A stretch of 52,173 nt of DNA from Coleofasciculus sp. B1-GNL1-01 (GTDB lineage: Bacteria; Cyanobacteriota; Cyanobacteriia; Cyanobacteriales; Coleofasciculaceae), in assembly GCA_040220235.1 (NCBI GenBank), contig JAVJTO010000020.1. One strand, given 5' to 3'. The notes below the pieces were generated by a model. It ran no database searches. It was not told the DNA's origin and saw nothing but the letters and a program-made list of their open reading frames with translations. Position numbers and translations under genes: made by a program. Numbering within the stretch: the first letter of the stretch is position 1; the number at the start of each line of letters is the position of its first letter. Below, piece by piece: positions 11,822 through 22,239 of the stretch.

Positions 11822-12673
11822 GTGAACTTACAACAAATTTTCAAGACACCCAATCCCATCATTGGCGTTGTGCATCTGTTACCCCTGCCAACGTCTCCCC
11901 GTTGGGGAGGGAGTTTAAAAGCGGTGATTGATCGAGCCGAACAAGAGGCGACAGCACTGGCATCAGGGGGAGTTGATGGGGTAATCGTGGAGAATTTTTT
12001 TGATGCTCCCTTCACCAAAAACCAAGTCGATCCCGCTGTCGTCAGTGCGATGACCTTAATTATGGGACGGTTGATGAATTTGGTCACATTACCTGTGGGG
12101 ATCAACGTGTTACGTAATGACGCCCAAAGCGCGATCGCGATCGCCAGTTGTGTCCAAGCCCAGTTTATCCGGGTGAATGTTCTCACTGGCGTCATGGCAA
12201 CGGATCAAGGGTTGATCGAAGGACAGGCTTATGAACTGTTGCGGTATCGCCGAGAACTCGGTAGTGATGTACAAATTTTAGCCGATGTCCTAGTCAAGCA
12301 TGGACGTCCCTTGGGATCACCCAATTTGACCACAGCGGTACAAGAAACCATTGAACGAGGGTTAGCCGATGGCGTCATCCTCTCCGGATGGGCAACGGGG
12401 AGTCCTCCCAGTCTAGAAGACTTAGAACTCGCCTCAGCCGCCGCCAATGGAACGCCCGTGTTTATCGGTAGTGGTGCTAACTGGGAAAATATTCCCACCT
12501 TAATGCAAGCCGCCGACGGAGTAATTGTCTCCAGTTCCCTGAAACGACGGGGACGAATTGAGCAACCCATTGACCCGATTCGCGTCAGTCAATTTGTAGA
12601 AGCGGCACGACGTAGTGTTAACACGAAAGCATCGCCGCAACCCATGTCTTCGGTCAAGTTACATTCTAAGTAA
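11822..12673 (+). CDS. btpA: Photosystem I biogenesis protein BtpA
   Basis: IGVVHLLPLP, ENFFDAPF, GINVLRND, ADVLVKH. Confidence 0.92.
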   Translation: MNLQQIFKTPNPIIGVVHLLPLPTSPRWGGSLKAVIDRAEQEATALASGGVDGVIVENFFDAPFTKNQVDPAVVSAMTLIMGRLMNLVTLPVGINVLRNDAQSAIAIASCVQAQFIRVNVLTGVMATDQGLIEGQAYELLRYRRELGSDVQILADVLVKHGRPLGSPNLTTAVQETIERGLADGVILSGWATGSPPSLEDLELASAAANGTPVFIGSGANWENIPTLMQAADGVIVSSSLKRRGRIEQPIDPIRVSQFVEAARRSVNTKASPQPMSSVKLHSK

Positions 12674-12729
12674 GAGTGAATCGTAACCTTTTCGATTGCT
12701 CCTGAAATTCCTAGTGCTGATTGATAAAT

Positions 12730-13704
12730 ATGAGACGCCGACGTTCTGCTCCCTGGATTCATCGCCAGTCTCGCCCGCTTATTGGTGCGATCGCGATTCT
12801 TGGTGCTTTAGATACGGCTTACCTTACCTTGGTGGAAACTGGGGTATTTAAAGAAGCCGTATGTCCCACAGGCGGTGTAATCAACTGTCAAGCTGTCTTA
12901 AGTAGTAGTTATGCTTGGCTTTTTGGTGTTCCCCTAAGCTTGTTTGGCTTTTTAGCCTACACTGCGATCGCGGTATTTGCCTTTGCGCCCCAACTTGTCA
13001 AATCCTCAGATAACAAAGACTTTCGCCGACAAGTAGACGATGGGAGTTGGCTGCTGATGTTTGCTGGCTCAACCGCCATGGTTGTCTTCAGTGGCTACCT
13101 TGTCTATCTCATGTCCGTTGTCATTGGAGCATTTTGTATCTATTGCCTGGTATCCGCCTTCTGCTCAATTGCCTTATTTGTGCTGACGATTATTGGGCGT
13201 GAGTGGGAAGATGTGGGACAACTGTTTTTCACAGGCATTGTTGTCGGTATGGTAGCGCTGATTGGCACCTTGGGTGTTTATGGCATGAGTGGTGAACAGA
13301 CAACGGCTAGCGGAGTAGACAGCGGCGTGATTCCTCAGATATCCACTGCGCCTAAAGCCCCCTACGGCTGGAAAATAACCACCACCTCTGGCGAAGCGGA
13401 AATGGAACTCGCTCGTCATCTTACCGCCGTTGGTGCTAAAAAATATGGTGCGTTTACTTGTCCCCATTGCCACGATCAAAAGGAGTTATTTGGCAAAGAA
13501 GCCTTTAGCGAAATCGATTATATCGAGTGTAATTCGGCTGGGAAAAATCCGCAGCCTAAACTGTGCCAAGCCGCAGGAATAAAAGGGTATCCGACTTGGG
13601 AAATTAATGGTCAGTTGTATCCTGGGGTTCAGAGTTTGGAAACATTGGCAGATTTAACGGACTACCAAGGAAAACGCGACTTTAAGTATCGATTGCCTCG
13701 GTGA
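12730..13704 (+). CDS. VKOR-thioredoxin fusion (thiol oxidase)
   Basis: VKOR cysteines, CIYC, transmembrane helices, C-terminal CPHC and YPTW. Confidence 0.9.
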   Translation: MRRRRSAPWIHRQSRPLIGAIAILGALDTAYLTLVETGVFKEAVCPTGGVINCQAVLSSSYAWLFGVPLSLFGFLAYTAIAVFAFAPQLVKSSDNKDFRRQVDDGSWLLMFAGSTAMVVFSGYLVYLMSVVIGAFCIYCLVSAFCSIALFVLTIIGREWEDVGQLFFTGIVVGMVALIGTLGVYGMSGEQTTASGVDSGVIPQISTAPKAPYGWKITTTSGEAEMELARHLTAVGAKKYGAFTCPHCHDQKELFGKEAFSEIDYIECNSAGKNPQPKLCQAAGIKGYPTWEINGQLYPGVQSLETLADLTDYQGKRDFKYRLPR

Positions 13705-13793
13705 GACACATCCTCGTTCCCAGGCTCAGCCTGGGAACAGTCCTCTTGAGGCTCTGCCTCCCCTACTGGCTCAGGTGATATGATACAAATCGA

Positions 13794-14219
13794 TTAATCT
13801 GATGACGCAAATAAATCGAGGGGGAGATGACCGTACATGTCATTAATACCCCCTTCAAAAGAAGATTGGCAGGAAACTAAAACACCACGATGCTCACCCG
13901 TATAGGAATCGATATAACACAATCCTGAATTGCCGTTATATTTGATATACACCGCTCCCTCAATCGGAGTCAGGTCAAGATTCGGTTGATACCCTAAAGC
14001 TTGAGCATAGGTTTTGAGCGCCGATAAACCCTGAGCCGCTGTATTCGCGCAAATACCAAAAATTTGATAATCTGAATGTTCGGCAAGTAACCCTAAGGCT
14101 TGCCGCAGTTTCTCTTTTTCGGAGTCTGACACCACAGGTTGACTCTCAATACAGTTGAAGGGTTCGAGGAGTGCTTGAGCGTCTGAGATGGTGAGAGGGG
14201 TAGAGTTTTGGGTAGACAT
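13794..14219 (-). CDS. DUF1824-family protein
   Basis: GICA, GAVYIKYN, RGVLVSCQ and YGHLPLDLF are typical of the family. Confidence 0.75.
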   Translation of the reverse strand: MSTQNSTPLTISDAQALLEPFNCIESQPVVSDSEKEKLRQALGLLAEHSDYQIFGICANTAAQGLSALKTYAQALGYQPNLDLTPIEGAVYIKYNGNSGLCYIDSYTGEHRGVLVSCQSSFEGGINDMYGHLPLDLFASSD

Positions 14220-14480
14220 AACTGGCGATGACACTAACGTGATCGATGATATAGCAAAAGGCTTCAAGGCAGAGGGTTCCCAGGCAGAAAGGGTGACAAA
14301 AGCGGATTTGGTATCACTTCAACATGATATTGATCACTCAATTTATGTAAAACCAATCACATATTTTTTGATTTATTATCACAAGTTATCAGAGATATCG
14401 ATCAAGATTTAGTAAACATTTTTACGTAAAAATAATATTTATACATAAAAAAACATCAAAAGAAAAAATCTGCAAGATTT

Positions 14481-14675
14481 ATGAATACTTGTCCCTGCTG
14501 CTCCCATCCCTTACTCCGGCACATTAGCCACCATCGCCTCTACTGGTTCTGTTCACACTGCTGGCAGGAAATGCCCAGCGTTGATACCACTCATCGTCAA
14601 CCTGTCCAAGAACTAGAGCGGCTATTTAATCTGCCGACTGTCTCCAGTAAGACTAAATTAGTCAGTCACCTGTAG
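14481..14675 (+). CDS. Small Cys/His zinc-ribbon-like protein
   Basis: CPCC-x(16)-CSHC-WQEMP pattern after an AT-rich promoter region. Confidence 0.65.
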   Translation: MNTCPCCSHPLLRHISHHRLYWFCSHCWQEMPSVDTTHRQPVQELERLFNLPTVSSKTKLVSHL

Positions 14676-14783
14676 TACATATTTACTGAATTTATGCCCA
14701 TTAGTCCAGGTAATATTTACTGTTCATGGCGTATTACCAGGAAACCTTGAGGGTATAGATCTCCCCAGAGGAGTTCTTGAATT

Positions 14784-15671
14784 ATGGATTACCTACCCAT
14801 CTGTTCATCAATTGCCGAAAACCTAACCACTTTTTTAGACAATCTTTCTTACCAAAATCAGTCAATCATCAATGGAAAAGCTGAACATGAAATTAATCAC
14901 CAAGCGGGTGAAATTATCTGTTCTTGTTTAGCCGACTATCCCATCAACCTTTATCTCCAAGGAGAACACCCGAAGCTAAATCCTTACGCTGGCTATTCTA
15001 TATTTGTCGATCCGATCGACGGGACATCCAACTGGTTACGTCAAGTGGGTGACCCGTCTTTAGTGATTGCCATCACATCAAAAACATTGGATGTGACTTT
15101 AGGAGATTTAGAATTTGCTTATGTACAAGGATTACGCACCGGAGACTGCTACTATGGAACCCGGAGCGCTGCCTATTTCAGAAGCGCTCACAGTCAAGAC
15201 TACACTCAGATTTACTGTCACTCTCAAATCTCCCTAGAGGATGCGATCGCCTATTTGCGTCCCGGCTATCATCGGGCAAAAGAAGCATTGAGCGGCAGTT
15301 TCCCCTTGTGGATATGCTGTCGGGATATTCGCTCAATCGATAACTCAGCCATGGAATTTTGTGAAATCGCCCGAGGCGCTGCTGATTTCATGGTCGAATG
15401 TCGTCATGTTTCAGATAATTATAGTTTGCTCGCCTATCCAATTTTAAAATTAGCCGGCGGTTATCTGGTTGATTTTCGTGGCAATTCTCTGGCATCTCTC
15501 AGTCTGGAATCGGAATATATTGTCGATTATGTTGCCTGTGGTTCCGGCTATCTATTACGAGAAATTCTTCATATTATTCAGCGTTGGGAGCAAAACCACG
15601 AAAAAACGTTTTGTAACTTCTTGGGGGAAATTGAGCGAGAAAACCAAGTGTGGGGAAGTCAAATTGCTTGA
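14784..15671 (+). CDS. Divergent inositol monophosphatase-family protein
   Basis: VDPIDGTSN motif and AGG near the C-terminus. Confidence 0.75.
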   Translation: MDYLPICSSIAENLTTFLDNLSYQNQSIINGKAEHEINHQAGEIICSCLADYPINLYLQGEHPKLNPYAGYSIFVDPIDGTSNWLRQVGDPSLVIAITSKTLDVTLGDLEFAYVQGLRTGDCYYGTRSAAYFRSAHSQDYTQIYCHSQISLEDAIAYLRPGYHRAKEALSGSFPLWICCRDIRSIDNSAMEFCEIARGAADFMVECRHVSDNYSLLAYPILKLAGGYLVDFRGNSLASLSLESEYIVDYVACGSGYLLREILHIIQRWEQNHEKTFCNFLGEIERENQVWGSQIA

Positions 15672-15801
15672 TTAGTCATTAGTCATTAGTCATTGGGCGC
15701 TGTAGGGGCACCATCCTTGCGCCCTGCCCCCCACATAAGATGAGAAACGCTATAGTACAGTCTAGATTGGGAAATCATAATCCGTAATTCGTATAATTCC
15801 A

Positions 15802-17163
15802 ATGCTCAAACCCCTGTCCTTGACGACTGCACTATCCCTAACCCTGCTAACCTTTACCGCCGGATGTTCTCCTCAATCTAATCCCTCCCAACCTTCCGCC
15901 AACGAAAACGAGATCGATAGTGTCTCAGTCACCGAAAGTCCACCAGAAGCGGAATTGACACAAAAACCAGCGATTCCCTCACTCGCTTCCCCGGATAATC
16001 CTAATCCGGCGATTCAAGCGCAAATTGAGCAGTACATGAATGGTTTAGCCGCCAAAGGATTTGCCAAGGAAAATCATGGGATCTGGATTCAAGCGGGGGA
16101 TACTCTGCTAGCGAATTATCAAGGTACGGTTCCCTTACCTGCGGCTTCTATCACCAAAGTCGCCACCTCCCTGGCTGCATTGCAAACCTTTGGTCCTGAT
16201 CACCAATTCATTACCCTGATTGGCGCAACGGGTGCGGTGGAAAACGGCGTTCTCCAGGGAGACTTAGTGATTGAAGGGGGAGACGATCCATTCTTTGTCT
16301 GGGAAGAAGCGATCGCACTCGGTAATCTCCTGAATCAGATGGGTATTCAGCAGATAGCGGGGAATTTAATCATCACAGGCAAATTTTACATGAACTTTGA
16401 GTTTGACCCATTCAAATCAGGGACACTCCTCAGACAAGGGTTAAATGCTCAACTGTGGACACCTGAAGCCCAAACTCAGTATCAAACCCTACCCCCAGAC
16501 ACCCCCAAACCTGAAGTTGCGATCGCGGGTTCGGTACAAGTCTCCCCCACCCCTCCTAGCAACGTCCAACCCCTGATTCGCCACTATTCCTTCCCCCTGG
16601 CTGAACTGATCAAAAAAATGAATCAATATAGTAATAATAAAATGGCGGACATGCTCGCCAACTCCGTCGGGGGAGCGAATGTTGTTGCCCAACAAGCCGC
16701 CGCCGCCGCAGGCGTTCCTCAAGCGGAAATTACATTAGTTAATGGTTCTGGATTAAGCGATCAAAATAAGATTTCTCCCCGTGCAGCTTCCGGTTTATTT
16801 CTCGCCATTTCCCGATATCTTCAACCTTATAACATGAGCCTTGGCGATGTCTTGGCGGTTGTTGGACAAGATGAAGGTATTTTAAACGAACGTCCACTTC
16901 CCCCATTTGCTATTGTTAAATCCGGAAGTTTAAATAATGTCAGCGCTTTAGGCGGAGCTTTACCCACGCAGCAGCAGGGAATTATCTGGTTTTCGACGAT
17001 GAATAGGGGTTACAACTTAGAAGGATTTCGCAACCAACAAGAAGCACTGCTGCAAAGTTTTATTAGCCAGTGGGGAGGCGTTCAATCATTGCCCGAAACC
17101 TTACAACCAAATCCAGAACGAGTCAATAAAACCTCTAGCAATGAAATTGTCAATGAATTATGA
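15802..17163 (+). CDS. D-Ala-D-Ala carboxypeptidase (peptidase S13/PBP4), lipoprotein
   Basis: Lipobox TAGC; SxxK (SITK), SxN (SNN), NGSGLS and KSG. Confidence 0.88.
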   Translation: MLKPLSLTTALSLTLLTFTAGCSPQSNPSQPSANENEIDSVSVTESPPEAELTQKPAIPSLASPDNPNPAIQAQIEQYMNGLAAKGFAKENHGIWIQAGDTLLANYQGTVPLPAASITKVATSLAALQTFGPDHQFITLIGATGAVENGVLQGDLVIEGGDDPFFVWEEAIALGNLLNQMGIQQIAGNLIITGKFYMNFEFDPFKSGTLLRQGLNAQLWTPEAQTQYQTLPPDTPKPEVAIAGSVQVSPTPPSNVQPLIRHYSFPLAELIKKMNQYSNNKMADMLANSVGGANVVAQQAAAAAGVPQAEITLVNGSGLSDQNKISPRAASGLFLAISRYLQPYNMSLGDVLAVVGQDEGILNERPLPPFAIVKSGSLNNVSALGGALPTQQQGIIWFSTMNRGYNLEGFRNQQEALLQSFISQWGGVQSLPETLQPNPERVNKTSSNEIVNEL

Positions 17164-17222
17164 GCAAATAGAGAATGGGAAACAGTGACAAAGGACAAAT
17201 AACAAATGGCAAATGACTAACT

Positions 17223-17444
17223 ATGACATCCCAGCAACTTGACAACCGCTCTCAAGGTCTCGAAGCGCGAGTTGCAGCCTTAGAGTCAGAGCTAGCCCAG
17301 TTGAAGCAACTACTTGCTGGCTTGCTTGAGCAGGAAGAGCAGGAAACTCCTTGGTGGATGAAAGTGGCAGGCAGCTTTGAAAATGATCCCACCTTTGATG
17401 AAGCCGTTCGTCTGGGTCAAGAATGGCGGCAATCTATTGAGTAG
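17223..17444 (+). CDS. Small hypothetical protein, antitoxin-like
   Basis: N-terminal coiled coil plus PWWxxxAGSFENDPTFDEAVRLGQEWR. Confidence 0.6.
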   Translation: MTSQQLDNRSQGLEARVAALESELAQLKQLLAGLLEQEEQETPWWMKVAGSFENDPTFDEAVRLGQEWRQSIE

Positions 17445-17459
17445 CGAACGGGTAAACGG

Positions 17460-17511
17460 TAACAAAGGACAAATGACGAATGACAAATGACGAATGACGA
17501 ATGACAAATGA
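17460..17511. repeat. Heptameric short tandem repeat (ATGACRA)
   Basis: Tandem ATGACGA/ATGACAA units between convergent genes. Confidence 0.7.
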
Positions 17512-19827
17512 CTAATTTTCAGATTGGTTCGGCAATAGGGAAGAAGGAGAATCTGGGGGAAGGGGATGTTTCCAGACATTGCGATCGCGAGATTGTAGCT
17601 TGCTCACCTCAACCGTAGCCCCTCGCTGTTCTAATTCTCGCCCCTGAGCCGCCGACAACCCCGCATTTTGCTTAAATATTGCTCCCTCAACCTTCGCACC
17701 ACTCAGATTAGCATTGAAAAGATTTGCGCCTGTGAGATTCGCTTGTCTTAAATCTGCATTCGTCAAATTGACATGACGCAAAAACGTCTGACTCAAATCG
17801 GCTCCCCTGAGATTTAAATGACTTAAATCAGCACGACTCAAATCAGCGCGGCTCAGATTTGCCCCTTCTAAATTAGCATGACTGAGGATAGCACGACGCA
17901 ATCGCACCTCCTTTAAATTAGCTCCCCTTAACATCGCCTGATTCAATTGAGCATTGTTAAGATTAGCTTGGCTTAAATCAGCTCTGAATAGACTGGCTTC
18001 GCTTAGATTCGCCTGTTCTAAAATTGCTCCCTCTAAAGTGGCTTGATCCAACTGGCTGTGCTGTAAATCTGCACCCGTTAAATTCGCCTGACTTAGGTTC
18101 GCCTCACTCAAGTCAACCTCACTTAAATCCCCTTCCCGGAGGCTAGTTTGTCGTAAATTGGCATTTTTGAGATTGGCACCCGTGAGAATTGCCTGATTCA
18201 AATTTCCATGGCTGAGATCCGCCTGTTGGAGGTTGGTATGTCGCAGTTTCGCCCCCATCAGACTGGCGCGACGCAGATTAATGTTTTGCAAATTGGAACG
18301 ACTCAAATTGGCGTTATTTAAGTTAGCGCCATTGAGATTGGCAGAATTCAAGTCAGTAACCGTTAAATCAGCCCCCATGAGTATGGCACTACTTAAATTA
18401 GCGCCTCCCAATTTAGCTAGACTCAAATTTGCCTCACTCAGATCCGCACTGCTCAGATTCGCTTCCCGTAGATCCGCCGCACTCAAATCACTATTGCGAA
18501 TGTCGGCTCCCTTGAGATCACTCCCCCGTAAATCAGCGCCTTTCAACTGGCAAAAAATACGGTATGCCTCCAACTCAGAAACCTCAGATTCGCCCTTCTT
18601 AATTTTGACAACATCAAATTGCACGTTCTCGGTATAAATGGCAAATACAACATTAAAAATGTCCAAAAAATGAATAAACAAGCGACATTCTGTTTCCGGA
18701 TATTTTTCGTAATAGCGAATTAGATTGGCAATACAATTATCTAAATGAGTGCGAACATAATTACACAATAAAATAATTTTGAGCAGGAGAATTACAATTG
18801 TCAGAGGACTACCTTGGCTGGTGAGAGTGATAAAGAGCGGGGAGGGTTCCTGCCCATTTTCTGTGGTTAAAAATTCCAAGGTGCGCCGACAGGTTCGCAG
18901 TAATAACTCCATGGTCGTCGTTTCCTCATTGTATGACTCATAGAGGATCTCAAGTTTTTCAGTCAGGGTCTTTTTGAAAAAATCAATCGACTGGTGAGGA
19001 CTCGTTGAACTGAGTAAATAGTCGATTAATTTCTGCTTAAAGTCTCGATAAGTAAGCGTTTTGCTCTGCTGAACAAACAAATCAGCCGTATGAGAATAAC
19101 TGTGCAGAAACTTACGCGATATCAGTTGTTTGAGCAGGCGAATGATTCCATTGCCCAGTCGAGTAGGATTCGGCGGCGGTTCCTTTTTAAAGGTTGGCGA
19201 ATTACAATGCACGGTGTACATTGCTAGCTCAAATTTAAACTTCTCTTTTAACCGTTTTGCAGTTTTCTTAGCTAATTCCCGCTGCTCAACTGGATTTTGA
19301 GAATCTAAATATTGCGGTAATAATAAATAATAAGCATAGCGATGACTCCACCCTCGACGTTCGGTACGGCTTGAGGTAAAGACTTTAAGTTCTTGATAGT
19401 CCTGGCTTTCAATAAAATTAGCAATCCACGTTCTCAAACGATTCAGGATCTGAGATACAGTAGATTTAACTGAGTCCACCTTAGCCAGCGTTTGAATCAA
19501 CTCCTCTATCGAGTCTGAGCGCCGACTTGCCAACCAATTGTTAATTAAAATATAGCAAGACCGTTTCAGAGTATTTCTGAATTCTTGCTCATTCTTTTGC
19601 TCAAGCAGCTCATACATTGAGCGAGCAACGTCTGGATTTTGTGTACACTCACTGGAAAAAAATAACTGCTTAAAGTCCTGCAAAACAGTTTCAGGAGGGT
19701 CATTTTCCACTCGTTCGAGTAGGAATTGAAAAATAACCTCCTGAGCTTGCTGAATCCGTTGCTGCTTTGATTCTCCATCAGCCGAAGAATCGATTTGCTG
19801 ATTGTCTGGTATGATGCGCCCCTCCAT
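17512..19827 (-). CDS. Pentapeptide-repeat protein with about 430-aa unknown N-terminal domain
   Basis: Long run of A(D/N)Lxx repeats in the C-terminal part. Confidence 0.9.
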   Translation of the reverse strand: MEGRIIPDNQQIDSSADGESKQQRIQQAQEVIFQFLLERVENDPPETVLQDFKQLFFSSECTQNPDVARSMYELLEQKNEQEFRNTLKRSCYILINNWLASRRSDSIEELIQTLAKVDSVKSTVSQILNRLRTWIANFIESQDYQELKVFTSSRTERRGWSHRYAYYLLLPQYLDSQNPVEQRELAKKTAKRLKEKFKFELAMYTVHCNSPTFKKEPPPNPTRLGNGIIRLLKQLISRKFLHSYSHTADLFVQQSKTLTYRDFKQKLIDYLLSSTSPHQSIDFFKKTLTEKLEILYESYNEETTTMELLLRTCRRTLEFLTTENGQEPSPLFITLTSQGSPLTIVILLLKIILLCNYVRTHLDNCIANLIRYYEKYPETECRLFIHFLDIFNVVFAIYTENVQFDVVKIKKGESEVSELEAYRIFCQLKGADLRGSDLKGADIRNSDLSAADLREANLSSADLSEANLSLAKLGGANLSSAILMGADLTVTDLNSANLNGANLNNANLSRSNLQNINLRRASLMGAKLRHTNLQQADLSHGNLNQAILTGANLKNANLRQTSLREGDLSEVDLSEANLSQANLTGADLQHSQLDQATLEGAILEQANLSEASLFRADLSQANLNNAQLNQAMLRGANLKEVRLRRAILSHANLEGANLSRADLSRADLSHLNLRGADLSQTFLRHVNLTNADLRQANLTGANLFNANLSGAKVEGAIFKQNAGLSAAQGRELEQRGATVEVSKLQSRDRNVWKHPLPPDSPSSLLPNQSEN

Positions 19828-20103
19828 AAAATAGGCAAAATCTGAGTTGGCTAATCCTGGTGGTTATTTGTCTCTACTCCTCCATAGCGGCGACAGTCTC
19901 TGCCTCTAGTTTAACCTTTTCCCCAAATATCCTTTATCGGAAATATTTATTCTAACCAAAATCCGTAGCATCTTGGGGAGCAGGCGTACAGGGGAGATGG
20001 GGGAGATGGGGAAGATGGGGAAGATGGGACAGAGAATTTACAAAGGATGAATGACCAATGACCAATGACGTCCTCACCGTTAACTTTAAATTTTCCCACC
20101 TAC

Positions 20104-22239
20104 TTACCCAATAATTGCACCCTGTTGTTTGAGTTCTCGCTTCATTGGCTCAGAGAGTCCAGAATTATTTCCAAATCGAGTTCCCTTAACCTTCACATCC
20201 GTGAGATTTGCATTAAACAGGTTGGCACCAATAAGATTAGCATGATTGAGATTTGCCCCCGTCAAATTAACGTGACGTAGCAAAGCTTTACTCATATCGC
20301 TTCTACTGAGGTTACTATTGCTCAAATCTGTGCGAGTTAAGTTCGTTTTCTGAAGATTAGCATGACACAAACTGGCATAACTGAGATCCGCCCGATCCAA
20401 GTTAGCACTACTTAAATTGGCGTGGTTTAGCTGAGTCCAATTGAGTTGAGCGCATCTAAGATTAGCATCCCTGAGATCTACATCCTTAAGATTGGCTTTA
20501 CTGAGATCAGCATTGCTCAGATCAGCATAGCGCAGGTTGGCATTCACTAGATTCGCAGAATTCAAGCTAGCATTACTTAAGTCAGCACTACTCAGATCGG
20601 CTTGCTGGAGATTAGCACGACGTAGTTTAGCACTTTTTAAAGTTGCACAGCATAGATTAGCTTGTCGCAAGTCAGAACAACGTAGATTGGCTTCACTGAG
20701 ACTCGCACCGCTCAAATTAGCCTCTTGAAGCATCGCACCGCTTAACTCCGTGCGATCAAGCATCGCACCGCTTAAGTTTGTCTGACTGAGTTTGGCAAGA
20801 CTCAAGTCGGCTTTGCTCAAATCAGCCCCCGCCAAATCAGCCTCCCGTAAATCTGCTGCTCTCAGATCCATATAACGGATATCTGTTCCTCTTAAATCAG
20901 CGCTCCGCAGATCCGTTCCTTTCAATTGAGAAAAGACGCGATAGTTATCAAGATCCATAACATAAGCATCTGGCTCATCGTCATGATCACTAAGTTTAAC
21001 GATGTTATATTGAGTGTCTTCGGTACAAATAGCAAAAATAATCTTGAAAACTTCCAAGAAATTAATCAGCCACTGACAGTCTTTTTCAGTAGAATTTTCG
21101 TAATATCGGATTAATTGAGCAATACAAACATCAAGATGCGTTTGAGCATATTTACAAATTAAAATGATTTTTAGGAGAATCACGACTAAGGTTAAAGGGT
21201 TGCCACGATTCGTTAACAAAATAAATAGAGTCGAAGGTTCTCGACCATCTTCAGTTGTTAGAACCTCAATCATTCGCCGACATGTTCGTAGTAGTAAGTC
21301 ACCACTAATCGGTTTAAGATGATGATTTTCATAAAGACTATCTAATCGAGCAAATAAATACTGATCGAGTATTTCCGAATAAACAGGAGTATTAATTAAA
21401 AACAACAAATACTTTTTTAAATCCTGTTTAAAGTCTTGGTAGCTTTGATTTTCAACGTATTGGTTTAAATGATCAGCATAACTTCGGCAATTAACCAAGA
21501 GTTGCCGAGAGCTTATTTTTTTAATCAGTTGGATGACGTGAGGACCTAGACGAGTTGGATTACTAATTTTTTTATCGGAGTTAAAATTAGGAGAATCATA
21601 TCGAGCCGTATACATGGCTAGATCAAACTTAAATTTTTTCCTCAGCCGTCTAGACAAATTTTTGGCAGTTTCTCGCTGTTCAATTGGATTGCGAGAGTCC
21701 AGATATTGAGGAACTAATAAATAAGATGTATACCGATGACTCCAGTGCTGTTGTTCGGCTTCAGATTCAGCCGTATAGGGAGCCGAAAATAATTTCAGTT
21801 CTTGATAATCGTGGCTATCAACAAAATTAGCAACATACCCTTTTAGCCGACTCATGGAAGGGGATAGAGTTGTCGGCTTAAGCGGAGGCTCACCAACTAA
21901 GTGAATCAGGTTTTGAATAAAATCATAACGGCGTTTTGAAGACCAGTTATTGATTAAAATATAACAAGATCGTTTTAAAGTATTCCTGAATTCTTGGTCA
22001 TTTTTACTGGCAACAATTGTATCAAGTGCCGTTTTTACATGAGATTCACTCGGCTCTTTACCAAATACAAATAATTGGCGAAACTCTTGTAATACAGTTT
22101 CTGGAGGATTGTGATGAACAATTTTGATCAAAAATTGATAAATAACCTCCTGAGCCTGCTGAATATTGAAGTCAGACCCAGAAATGTCCTCACCTGATAC
22201 ATTCAATTGTTCGCCTTCTGGCAAGATGCGCCCCGTCAT
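20104..22239 (-). CDS. Pentapeptide-repeat protein, paralog of 17512..19827
   Basis: Shared blocks FRNTLKRSCYILINNW, WSHRY, NPTRLG and LLLRTCRR. Start MTGRILP chosen by analogy to MEGRIIP. Confidence 0.9.
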   Translation of the reverse strand: MTGRILPEGEQLNVSGEDISGSDFNIQQAQEVIYQFLIKIVHHNPPETVLQEFRQLFVFGKEPSESHVKTALDTIVASKNDQEFRNTLKRSCYILINNWSSKRRYDFIQNLIHLVGEPPLKPTTLSPSMSRLKGYVANFVDSHDYQELKLFSAPYTAESEAEQQHWSHRYTSYLLVPQYLDSRNPIEQRETAKNLSRRLRKKFKFDLAMYTARYDSPNFNSDKKISNPTRLGPHVIQLIKKISSRQLLVNCRSYADHLNQYVENQSYQDFKQDLKKYLLFLINTPVYSEILDQYLFARLDSLYENHHLKPISGDLLLRTCRRMIEVLTTEDGREPSTLFILLTNRGNPLTLVVILLKIILICKYAQTHLDVCIAQLIRYYENSTEKDCQWLINFLEVFKIIFAICTEDTQYNIVKLSDHDDEPDAYVMDLDNYRVFSQLKGTDLRSADLRGTDIRYMDLRAADLREADLAGADLSKADLSLAKLSQTNLSGAMLDRTELSGAMLQEANLSGASLSEANLRCSDLRQANLCCATLKSAKLRRANLQQADLSSADLSNASLNSANLVNANLRYADLSNADLSKANLKDVDLRDANLRCAQLNWTQLNHANLSSANLDRADLSYASLCHANLQKTNLTRTDLSNSNLSRSDMSKALLRHVNLTGANLNHANLIGANLFNANLTDVKVKGTRFGNNSGLSEPMKRELKQQGAIIG

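Noticed and set aside
14346..14361. NtcA-like site TGTA-N8-CACA
   Set aside because: One mismatch in the core, no properly spaced -10 box, and an AT-rich background.
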